This document shows positions 1 to 11,400 of a stretch of 64,000 nt of DNA, piece after piece. The DNA is taken from the NCBI RefSeq assembly GCF_009914755.1, contig NC_060927.1; one strand, given 5' to 3'. Below the pieces are notes generated by a model. It worked only from the letters and a program-made list of their open reading frames with translations, ran no database searches and was not told the DNA's origin. Positions within the stretch are counted from its first letter, which is position 1, and each line of letters begins with the position of its first letter. The position numbers were made by a program, and so were the translations under genes. The stretch comes from the human T2T-CHM13v2.0 reference genome, Homo sapiens.

Positions 1-1024
1 AGCAAAACAGACACTAATCACCTCGTTCAGCACTCAGTATCCACCTGGCAAGGCTGAAACTTTCTCCCATTGGTCCCTGTTGTCTTTGATTCATTCCAGG
101 TGGAGAGGGCCTCTGACTGGTAATTCAATGGGTGGTCTCTGGGCAAGACAAAGAGCGGACAGTCTCCCCAAGTCAGGCCTGTTGAACTTTCTTCAGGGCT
201 CACTAAATGTGACCAGACTTTCCAAGTTAGGCCTGCTGAACTTTCATCAGCAATTCCTTCAGAGATCCCATCCATACATACAAACACACACACAACAAAG
301 ACAAGACAGAGAGAAGGTCTTCCAAACCAAGATCCCTAACCAAGAATTCCAGGAGTATCCCTTTGAAACTATCCTCCTATTCTCCATCTGAGAAATCTCC
401 CCGAAATCTTCCTGATTGAGAAGTCTCCTGAACCAAGACTCTTCCTAAGAATTAGGGAGAGCCAACTGAGACCCCTCAGAAGCTGAGAGAAGACAGACAC
501 CCCACAATGGGGCTACAGACAAACCAGGACCCCTGAAGGAGCGGAACCGAGACAGACACCCCACAAGGGTCCTAGAGACAGACACCCCACTATGGGGCTA
601 CAGAAAAACTGAAACCCCTGAAGGAGCCAAACCAACTGGGAGAAGGAAAGAGGTGTTGGCAGCACCTAGGATATTTACCAATCCAGACACCCTGTAATGG
701 GGCTACAGCTATAGATACTCCATGACATGACTGAGCTACAGACAGACACCCTATAATAGGGCTACAGTTACACACACCCCACCATGGAGCTACAGGCAGA
801 CACCCTGTGATAGAGCTACAGTTATAGGATGTTTTCCCAGGACTCTTTCTCTATTGCAATTAAATCCACGCACATTGGGTCAGCAGCACCCCTCCAGTAG
901 AGACAGTACCAGAGTCAGCCCCCAGTCCAAGAGAACTAGGAGGCCTCAGGATCCATTGCAGGAGGCAGACTACTGAACCATGGGTAAGTTGCCACAAGGG
1001 CAATGCTGGACTAGCCCCCAAATT
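1..1024 (-). mobile_element. ERV1 internal 5' leader region (HUERS-P1-like), running off the left edge
   Basis: The minus strand of 1003-1020 reads TGGGGGCTAGTCCAGCAT, a 15/18 match to the tRNA-Pro primer-binding site TGGGGGCTCGTCCGGGAT. It lies immediately after an LTR end (...GTTACA). Confidence 0.75.
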
Positions 1025-1170
1025 TGTAACTACTCAATGGGTTCACCTTGCCTGCTGCCTAGACAGAGCTGATTTATCAAGACAGGGTAATTGTAATAGA
1101 GAAAGAGTAATTCACGCAGAGCCGGCTATGCAGGAGACCAGAGTTTTATTTCTCGTATCAGTCTCCCCTT
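1025..1170 (-). mobile_element. Truncated ERV1 LTR (LTR8-like), 3' portion
   Basis: tgtaac...gggttcaccttgcctgctgcctagacagagctgatttatcaagacaggg resembles the reverse complement of the LTR8 3' end. There is an AATAAA-type signal on the minus strand near 1145-1150, and the PBS is adjacent. Confidence 0.7.
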
Positions 1171-1598
1171 TAAGCATTTTAAACTGTATTTACGAATTAA
1201 ATATTCTAACATTCTTCTTAAGTACTTCAATTAACTCATGAATCCTCCCAAGTTCTTATGTAATTCTTAGAAATCTAATTTATTAAACTTATAAGTTAAT
1301 TTATTAAACTTATAAATGTGATGAAACTTAAGTTTTCTTAAATATTCAAATACTGGGTATAAACTTAATGAGATTTCATAAAATCACAGGCCTAAGTTTG
1401 TTACTGAATTGCACATTGATAAATTGGGTTTATAAAACTAATCTGAATAGAAAAAAATCATTTTGAAAATTACAAATACCTAAAATGGTAAACATACAAA
1501 ATTCCTTAACAGAAAATATCAGCATTGTGGTCTTGATTCTCTTAAACATTTCTGTATTTAATTCTAAGTCTTTCTCTGTTAAAACAGCCTTGCTTTAA

Positions 1599-1957
<359 letters not shown>

Positions 1958-2574
1958 CTAGGCAGCTGGTGAGTTATTAGACCCAGGGGTACTGAATGGG
2001 ATAGGATTCTTGACAGTGACCATAATGGCATATCTGAAACTCATTACAGTCACATATCAAACCCTTTGCATAGGTTGTGTTCCAGCCTTCTATGTACAGG
2101 GTGTGCACCTTCCTGAGTTGGAGTTATAATTAACCTGTCTTTGCTGCCTACTCATGAAAAATCTGCAACTCCCACCCAGGATGTCATGTCACTTGATGAG
2201 ATATTTTTTAATTCTTTAGCTTTTAAGAAACTTAAACAGATTTTATTCTAAGTCTAAAGCCTTCTGAACGTGATGCAATCCTGAATTTTTTTCCAAATAT
2301 GCTGCCTGTCTCATAGGACTACTTAATTTTTATAGCTATTAAGGATGATAACCTAATGAATTCTAGGTCGCCCTCTTTTATTTTAATTATTTATTCTTGA
2401 TTCTTTTATATTTTTTACTTTTATTTGTGTTTGATTTATAAAATGTGTAAAATAATATATTATTTTATTTTTACGGCTCTAGAAATCTATAAGAATTTCT
2501 AACAATTATGTTTACATGTTTAAGTATTATTATCATAATACTAATTTAATCCTATGCTAAGAATTTTAAAACTT

Positions 2575-2935
2575 TTTAAATTTTTAATTATTATGAGTTC
2601 AGAATAGTTGTACATACTTATGGGGTGCATGTGATGTTTTGATACAGGCATATAATATGTAATGATCAAATCTGGGTAACTGGGGTATCCATCACCTCAA
2701 ACTTTTATCATTTCTTTGTTTTGAGTATATTCCAATTCTACTCTTTTAGATATTTTAAAATATACAATAAATTATTGTTAACTATAGTTGCCCTATTGTG
2801 CTACCAAACACTAGATCTTATTCCTTCTACCTACTTGTATTTTTGTACTCATTAACCATCCCCACTTTATCCTACCCTGCAACCTCATTACCCTTCCCAG
2901 CCTCTGGTAACCATCATTCGGCTCTGTGCCTCAAT
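2575..2935 (-). mobile_element. L1MA-type 3' end fragment
   Basis: tacatacttatggggtgcatgtgatgttttgatacaggcat...cccttcccagcctctggtaaccatc is typical antisense old L1 3' UTR. Confidence 0.75.
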
Positions 2936-4427
2936 TAGTTCTCTTTCAAAGGTAATTCAACCAACAGCTCTGAGATTGGACGTCAGTATTTCTTAATGCC
3001 TTTAACCTTTAATGCCTTAAAGTTGGGATGACATATATTTCTTGAGTGTGTATATGAGTTGTGGGAAGAATTATGATGGTTAAGGAAATGTTCAAATGGA
3101 GGTGAAACAGTGCTCCTTATCTGAGTCCTCTCATGATCTTGGGCTGTTCTGCCTATTTTCACATCTTCTAAAGGGAGGATTAAAGATTTCAAGTAAAAAG
3201 CTGAAAGTGTAGGCCAAATAACACCTGATTTGCTGATCTGTGCCTGAGGCCCAAATACATACAGCCTCTAAAACATACAGGAATAAGCTCACCCACGTAA
3301 TTAAGGGGCTTAGCAGTTTAGGATGGAACAACCCTCTTTCATCGGCTCAGAAACTGACGCAGCTTCCTTTTGCCTCTGATACCAAGTCTAAATTAATTAA
3401 CATTATTCTCAAAGCTTAGACTATTTGGGTATCAAATCAAATCAAATAATGTCAATTGCATGTGATTCAATGTATAGTTATGTGCTCATCTTATGTTCTT
3501 AACATAAGGCTTTTACCAATCAGGCTGACTTGTTCTCTGTTCTCCCAAAACATTTTATTTTAATTCCCATATCTATGTTGAATTAACCGCCCTCTCTTCC
3601 TTCAACCTATCAGCTTAATTCTGAAGATTCTTTATGGCCAAATTCCAAACCTTTCCCTCCTACTACTTCATACTGCTCTCTTCTGTCTATAAATTCCTAG
3701 AGCAGAGAGCCTGGGGAATTACTGGATCATATGCTGTTTAGTCCTCTAATTATCCCTATCCATAAATTCTTCTCACTGCATTATAATTCCCTAAAGAGAA
3801 ACATATTTCTTTGGTCTCTATTATAGCACCTAAGGAATCTTTCTTAACATGTAGTATTGAATAGGGAGCTCTAGGTGCAGAAAGAAGAGAGAAAGTATAA
3901 GGAAGATATTATCAATATGTCCTAAGATGTTGTCTGTAGGTGAAGACCCTGAGACTGGAGAGTTAGTGACTTGTCCAAGAGCAAGCAGTTAGTGGCCAAG
4001 CCCATCATCAGAGGTAAGTCTCCAGGCACCGTAAGTGCGGGCTCTTTCCACTTCAGCGGTTAGACTATTGCATAGTGAATGGCTCAGTTCCTTCTCAGAT
4101 GGACCTGCCTTATTCTGAGGACCATCTGTCTTCATACCCCCACCTCTCTTCCTGTGTCCCATTCAGAGGAAGAAATGCCAGCTTCTGTTCAAATATCTCT
4201 GGTATTTGATTCTAGTCAGAGATTCAGGAAAGGGAGGATCACCACCAGGACAGTGATGGCCAGGGCACACGAGACTCCCCAGAATAAGATACCTTCCCCA
4301 CTTCTCACTTCTCAAGATATGTGTCTAAAATATATTCCGTCTCTATTGTGTGTATAGTACGGAGGATGACTGAGGACTGACGATATTGCGGAATAGGCTG
4401 AACAGTGAAAAAGACAAGAGCGATGAT

Positions 4428-4443
4428 GCTGCCCTCTAGTGGC
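4428..4443 (-). promoter_or_regulatory. CTCF motif
   Basis: The minus strand reads GCCACTAGAGGGCAGC, a near-consensus CTCF core, in apparently non-repeat sequence. Confidence 0.65.
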
Positions 4444-4598
4444 AGAGTGTAGAAACACAACTCATAAGCAAACACCAAGTTCACATCCTAAAAGAAGCGT
4501 CCTTCACCCCAAGAAGTCAGACCACAAAAATAGTTAGAGGTAGAGTTTGAGTTATTTTAAAAAATCTTAGGTTTTAATTTATTAGTACTTTAATCCAT

Positions 4599-5072
4599 TG
4601 TTATGGGTAAAATTGTGTCTGTCCCCCACAAATTTCATATTTTGAAGTCCTAACCCCCAGTACCTTAGAAGGTGATCTTATATGGAAATATGATAATTCC
4701 AGATCAAATTAGTTAAGATGAGGCCATACTGAAGTAGGGTAGTTTCCAATTTAATATGCCTTATGTCTTTATAAAAAATAAAAATTTGGACACACACACA
4801 CACACACGTGGAAAACACCATATGGACATAAAGGAAGAGATTGGAGTGATATGTCTACAAGTCAAGGAATGCCGAAGTTTGGCAGCATACTATCAGAAGC
4901 TAACTAAGAGGGAGGCATGGAACAGATTCTCTCTAACACCTTGAAAGGGAGCATGGCCCTGACAATACCTTGATCTGGAATTTCTAGCCTCCAGAACTGT
5001 GAGACAAATTTCTGTTGTTTAAGCTGCTCCGTTTGTGATACTTTCTTATAGCAACCTTAGCAAACTCAAACA
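4599..5072 (+). mobile_element. MLT1 (MaLR) solo LTR
   Basis: TGTTATGGG...gaagtcctaacccccagtacc start and ...cctccagaactgtgagac...gcaaccttagcaaactcaaaCA end. Confidence 0.8.
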
Positions 5073-5853
5073 ACCCCATTACTTTACATTAGTTTTAAGC
5101 TTAATGTTTTTAGATTTCAGAATAAAGCATGGAAAATGGTACACTGAGGGCAATACGGCAAATGCCAGGGATGAAGATATTATCTACCCCAAGTTTTATT
5201 ACCAGCCATAAAATGCATTATCTTTGTTGAGAAACTTACTGACAACTTGGCTTAGTTATACATTTATACTATTTTATGGGCTCACCAGGTTGGCAAGTGT
5301 CCTTAACCAGTATTTTTGTCATTCCAACATTCCTCTGGGAGGCAATGTTTATACTTGTAAATCATTTATTAACTAGTGACTTCTGCATTGTTGTCTTTGG
5401 TGTCTTCTAATGTTTTATACGCTTGCTAACTAGATCACAAACTCGTTGAGTATCCTTGAATATCATACATTATTATTAAGCTTTCTGGGGATTATGGGCC
5501 TTCATATCCTGTAAAATGCATGGTTCTTATTGCAGAATGGCCCCTGTATTAGTTCTCCAGAGAAACAGAACCAATATACAAATGTAGGCTTGAGGGGAGG
5601 ATTTTAAGGAATTGGCACAAGTGGCTGTAGAGGCTGACAAGTCCCAAACCTGTGGTACTTCCTTAGAGCAGCCTTAGCAAACTAATACAATCTTATTACT
5701 TTAACATTAGTTTTAAGCTTCATGTTTTAGAATTCAAAATAAGGCATGTATTTGAGACAACAGGCTGGGAAGAGTTGATGTTACAGTTCAAGCCCAGAGG
5801 AATTCCTTCTTCTTTGGGAAAGGTTAGCCTTTTTTTATTAAGGCCTTCAACTG

Positions 5854-5965
5854 GGCTGGGCATGGTGGCTCATGTCTGTAATCCCAGCACTTTGGGAGGC
5901 CAAGACGGAAGGATTGCTTGAGCTCAGGAATTCGAGACCAGCCTGGCAATATAGGCAGCCTGTGT

Positions 5966-5998
<33 letters not shown>

Positions 5999-6126
5999 AG
6001 CCAGTGCCAATAGTCTCAACTACTCGGGAAGCCTGGGCGATTGAAGCTGTGATGAGATGATTGTACCACTGCACTCCAGCCTGGGTGACTGAGTGAAAAC
6101 TGTGGAAAAATAAAAAAATAAAAAAA
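5854..6126 (+). mobile_element. AluJ-like element with an expanded central A-run and a deleted right arm
   Basis: Alu sequence with 14-bp TSD AAGGCCTTCAACTG at 5840-5853 and 6127-6140, and about 30 A at 5967-5996. Confidence 0.85.
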
Positions 6127-6149
6127 AAGGCCTTCAACTGATTGTATAA

Positions 6150-6559
6150 TGATATGGTTTAGATGTGTGACCCCTTCAAATCTCATGTTGAAATGTGATC
6201 CCCCGTGTTGGAGGTGAGCCTATACGGAGGTATTGGATCAGGGGGCAGATCCCTCATGAATGGCTTAGCACAACCCCCTTGGTGATAGTGAGTTCTCTGA
6301 GTGCGTGAGATCTTGTTTCGGAGGGTATCACCTCTCCTGCTGTCACTCTAGCTCCTGCTAGCTCCATGTGACATGCTGGCTCCCTGTCGTCTTCTGTCAT
6401 GATTGTGAGCTTCCTGAGGCTCTCACCGGAAGCTGAGCAGATGTTGGCACCGTGCTTCTTGTACAGCCTGCAGAACCATGAGTCAATTAAACCTCTTTTC
6501 TTTATCAGTTACCCAACCTCAGGTATTCCTTTATAGCAACACAAAAATGGCCCAATACA
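6150..6559 (+). mobile_element. MST (MaLR) solo LTR
   Basis: tgatatggtttagatgtgtg...caaatctcatgttgaaatgtgatccc start and ...cagcctgcagaaccatgagtcaattaaacctcttttc...aataca end. Confidence 0.8.
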
Positions 6560-6618
6560 GATGAGGCCCACCCACATTACCAAGGGTAATTCACTTTACT
6601 CAAAGTCTACTGGCTTAA

Positions 6619-6922
6619 GGCTGGGCAAGAGTAGCTCACACCTGTAAACCCAACACTTTGAGAGGCCGAGGCAGGTGGATCACATGAGGCCAAGAGTTCG
6701 AAGCCAGCCTGGCCAACGTGGCAAAACCCTGTCTCTACTAAAAAATACAAAAATTGCTGGGCATGGTGGTGCATGCCTGTAGTCCCAGCTAATCAGATAG
6801 CTGAGGCATTAGAATCACTTGAGCTGGGGGCGGAGTTTGCGGTGAGCCGAGATCATGCCACTGCACTCCAGCCTGGGCAATAGAGCGAGAGTCTGTCAAA
6901 AAATAAAAAAAATCAAAATCCA
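6619..6922 (+). mobile_element. AluS
   Basis: Dimeric Alu with a degenerate TSD aaagtctact(gg/ca)cttaa. Confidence 0.9.
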
Positions 6923-7714
6923 AAAAGTCTACTCACTTAAATGTTAAGTGTTAATTCTCATCTATAAAATACTTTCATCTTCATCTCTGATCTAGGAGGA
7001 CATTCAAGACCCAGGCTCCTTTTGTTTGATCGTTCTACCATTTTTTGAGATGTCCATGTCGGCATTCAAGACTATAGAAGGGGAAAATAGAGTGGCTGGA
7101 ATTTCTAATGTGATGTGTAATTTCTACTGTGATCTGGAAATCTGGAAGGTGCAATCATCCTTTCTGCCTATTTTCCAATAGCCTAAACTTAGTCATATAA
7201 CTACACTTTGCTTCAAGGGAGGCTGGAAATAATCGTGACTTGCTTGCAGGCCATTAGCTCCCCTGAAATTAAAGTTCTTTTTTTTTTTTTTAAAGAAGGA
7301 AAGGATAGATCGTAGGTTATTTGGTAGTCTCTTCCAAAACACTCAGGCAAATTAATAACATCCAAAATTTGAAAATCTTGAACAAATGAGATGATCAGGG
7401 GAATCATCAGTGGAAAATAAGGAATTTTATAAATGAGGTAAAGCTTCAGCTCAGCATTAGGATTTTAATTCAGTTTATTAGAACTTCTGTTACCAGGCTA
7501 TTTGTAAATTAGAGAAAATGTAAGAGACAATGTTAACAAAATTAAATAAAAAATACCTTCACAAAAAATCTGAATAAATTTTGACCAAATATCTGAATAC
7601 TATGGCCAAGCCAAGTTGACACATAAAATTAATCATCACAGCCTCCAGTGAATCCTGCCATCTTGAATTTGTGCTTTTTGTAGCATGAATCTGGACTGGT
7701 CTTGTGATCATTGG

Positions 7715-8192
7715 TTTTTAAAATTTTTTATGGATACATAATGGTTATGCATGTTTATGGAGTACATATGATATTTCGACACAAGCATGTAATGTGCAAT
7801 GATCAAATCTAGGTAGTTGAAATATCCATCATCTCAAACATTTATCATCTGTTTGTGTTGGAAACATTCTAAGATGATTCTTCTAGTTATTTTAAAATAC
7901 ATGATAAATTATTGCTAACTATAGTTGCCCTATTGTGCTACTGAGCATTAGATTTTATTCATTCTATCTAATCATATTTTCGTACTCATTAATCAACTCC
8001 TCTTTATCTCCCCCTCCCCACTACCCTTCCCACTCTCTGGTAACCACCATTCTACTCTCTACGTCCATGAGATCAATTGTTTTAGCTTGCACATGAGTAA
8101 GAACTTGTCACATTTGTCTTTCTGTGCCTGACTTATTTTACTTAACGTAATGTCTGCCAGTCTCATCCATGTTGCTGCAAATGACAGGATTT
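7715..8192 (-). mobile_element. L1MA 3' UTR fragment (left half; continues at 15370-15508)
   Basis: Antisense L1MA 3' end breaks at gttgctgcaaatgacaggattt and resumes at gatttcattcttttttatgg at about 15370. Confidence 0.75.
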
Positions 8193-8439
8193 TATTTATT
8201 TTTTTATCTTAAGGATGCTGAATGGCTTAAGAGTCACTGTTATTTTCTTTTATTGATTTATTGATTTCAATTGTGATATAGATCATTAGTTTTCTATTAG
8301 GTTTTTTATTATGGTCATATGGCTTTATAAAGCAATGCTATTCAACTGATGTTCTGCAACATAAAGGGGAATTGGTTTATTGTGGCTTTTGATGTTTCTA
8401 GAAATATTAATTTTGGTATAATGATTCACTTCCTTTTAA

Positions 8440-11400
8440 AATAATTTTTCCATAGGTTATTGGGGATACAGGTGGTATTTGGTTACATGAGTAGGTTCTT
8501 TAGTGGTGATTTGTGAGACTTTGGTGCACCCATCACCCAAGCAGTGGACACTGCACCCTATTTGTAGTCTTTTATCCCTTGCCCCCACTTCCACCCTTCC
8601 AAGTTCCCAAAGTCCATTGTGTCGTTCTTATGCCTTTGTGTCCTCATAGCTTAGCTCCCATATATCAGTGAGAACAAACAATGTTTGGCTTTTCATTCCT
8701 GAGTTATTTCACTTAGAATAATAGTCTCCAATCTCATCCAGGTTTCTGCAACTGCCATTAATTCATTCCTTTTTATGGCTGAGTAGTAGTCCGTCGTATA
8801 TATCTACATCACAGTTTCTTCATCCGCTCGTTGATTGATGGGCATTTGGTTTGATTTCATGATTTTGCAATTGCAAATTGTACTGCTGTAAACATGCATG
8901 TGCTGCAAATTGTGCTGCCATAAACTTCTGTGTGTGAGTATCTTTTTCATATAATGACTTCTTTTCTTCTAGGTAGATACCCAGTAGTGGGATTGCTGGA
9001 TCAAATGGTAGTTCTACTTTTAGTTCTTTAAGGAATCTCCATACTGTTTTCCATAGTGATTGTACTAGTTTACATTCCCACCAGCAGTGTAGAAGTGTTT
9101 CAGTTTCATTCTCCTACATGTGGCTAGCCAATTATCACAGCACCGTTTGTTGAAAAGGGTGTCCTTTCCCCACTTTATGTTTTTGTTTGCTTTGTCAAAA
9201 ATCAATTGGCTGTAAGTATTTGGGTTTATTTCTGGGTTCTCTATTCTGTTCCATTGGTCTATGTGCCTATTTGTATACCAGTACCATACTGTTTTGGTGA
9301 CTGCATCCATGCCAACATCTACTGTGTTTTCATTTTTAAATTATGGCCATTCTTGCAGGAGTAAAGTGGTATTACAGTGTGGTCTTGATTTGCATTTTCC
9401 TGACCATTAGTGATGTTGAACATTTTTTCATATGTTTGTTGGCCATTTGTATATCTCCTTTTGAGAATTGTCTATTCCTATCCATAGCCCACTTTTTGAT
9501 GGGACTGTTTGTTTTTTTTCTTACTGATTTGTTTGAGTTTGTTGTAGATTCTGGATATTAGTCCTTTGTCAGATGTATAGATTGTGAAGATTTTCTCCCA
9601 CTCTGTGGGTTGTCTGTTTACTCTGCTGACTGTTCCTTTTGCCGTGCAAAAGCTGTTTAGTTTAATTAAGTCCCAGCTATTTATCTTTGTTTTTATTGCA
9701 TTTGCTTTTGGGTTCTTGGTCATGAAATTCTTGCCTAAGCCAACGTCTAGAAGGATTTTTCCAATGTTATCTTCTAGAATTTTTATAGTTTCAGGTTTTA
9801 GGTTTAAGTTCTTAATCCATCTTGAGTTGACTTTTGTATAATGTGAGAGATGAGGATCCAGTTTCATTTTCCTACATGTGTCTAGCCAATTATCCCAGCA
9901 CCATTTGTTAAAAAGGGTGTCCTTTCCCCACTTTATGTTTTTGTTTGCTTTGTCAAAGATCAATTGGCTGTAAGTATTTGGGTTTATTTCTGGCTTCTCT
10001 ATTCTGTTTCATTTGTCCACGTGCCTAATTTTATACCAGTACCATACTGTTTTTGGTGACTATGGCCTTATAATATAGTTTGAAATCAGGTAGTGTGATG
10101 CCTCCAGATTTGTTCTATTTGCTTAGTCTTGCTTTGGCTATGCAGGCTCTTTTTTGGTTCCATATGAATTTTAGAATTGTTTTTTCTAATTCTGTGAAAC
10201 ATGATGGTGGTATTATGATGGGGATTGCGGTAAATTTGTAGATTGCTTTTGGCAGTATGGTCATTTTTATAATATTGATTCTACCCATCCATGACCATGG
10301 GATGTGTTTCCATTTGTTTGTGTTGTCTATGATTTCTTTCAGCAGTGCTTTGTAGTTTTCCTTGCAGATGTCTTTTGCCTCCTTGGTTAGGTATATTCCT
10401 AAGTATTTTATTGTATTTTATTTTATTTTATTTTATTTTATTTTATTTGCAGCTATTGTAAAAGGGGTTGAGTTCTTGATTTGATTCTCTGCTCAGTTGC
10501 TGCTGGTGTATAGAAGAGCTACTGATTTGTGTATGTTAATCTTGTATCTGGAAACATTGCTGAATCATTCCATCAAGTCTAGGAGCTTTCTGGAGGAGTC
10601 TTTAGGGTTTTCAAGGTAAACGATCATATGGTCAGCAAACAGGGAGAGTTTGACTTGCTCTCTACCAATTTGGATGTCCTTTATTTCTTTCTCTTGTTTG
10701 ATTGCTCTGGTTAGGACTTCCAGTACTGTGTTGAAGAGGAGTGGTGAGAGTGGGCATCCTTGTGTCGTTCCAGTTTTCAGAGGGAATGATTTCAACTTTT
10801 CTCCATTCAGTATTATGTTTGCTGTGGATTTGTCATAGATGGCTTTTATTATATTGAGGTATGTTTTTTGTATGCCGATTTTGCTGAGAGTTTTAATCAT
10901 AAAGGGATGCTAGATTTTGTCAAATGCTTTTTATGCATCTATCGAGATGATCATGTGATTTTTGTTTTTAATTCTGTTTATGTAGTGTATCACATTTATT
11001 GACTTGTGTATGTTAAACAACCCCTGCATCCCTGGTATGAAATCCAGTTGATCATGGTGGATTATCTTTTTAATATGCTGTTGGATTTGGTTAGCTAGTA
11101 TTTTGTTAAGGATTTTTGCATCTATGTTCATCAGGTATATTGGTCTGTAGTTTTATTTTTTCATTAAGTCCTTTCTTGGTTTTGGTATTAGGGTGATACT
11201 GGCTTAATAGAATGAATTAGGGAGGATTCCCTCTTCCTCTATTTTGTGGAATAGTGTCAAAAGTATTGGTACCAGTTCTTCTTTGAATGTCTGGTAGAAT
11301 TCTGCTGTGAATCCGTCTGGTCCAGGACTTTTTTTGTTGGTAATTTTAAAATTACCATTTCAATCTCACCATTTGTTATTGGGCTTTCAGGGTATCTAAT

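Larger units (their letters stand above)
5545..7640. mobile_element. MLT2 (ERVL) LTR interrupted by two Alus, an MST LTR and other inserts
   Basis: Starts tgtattagttctccagagaaacagaacc, resumes at gatgaggcccacccacatt...ctcaaagtctact, and ends gccaagttgacacataaaattaatcatcaca. Flanks gcccc/gcctc resemble a 5-bp TSD. Confidence 0.7.

Noticed and set aside
470-830. CRISPR-like array
   Set aside because: The repeats are degenerate with irregular or absent spacers, the context is a eukaryotic ERV leader, and there are no cas genes.
4008-4020. Consensus donor AG|GTAAGT suggesting an upstream exon
   Set aside because: It lies in MIR-like sequence with no supportable acceptor or ORF; such hexamers occur by chance.
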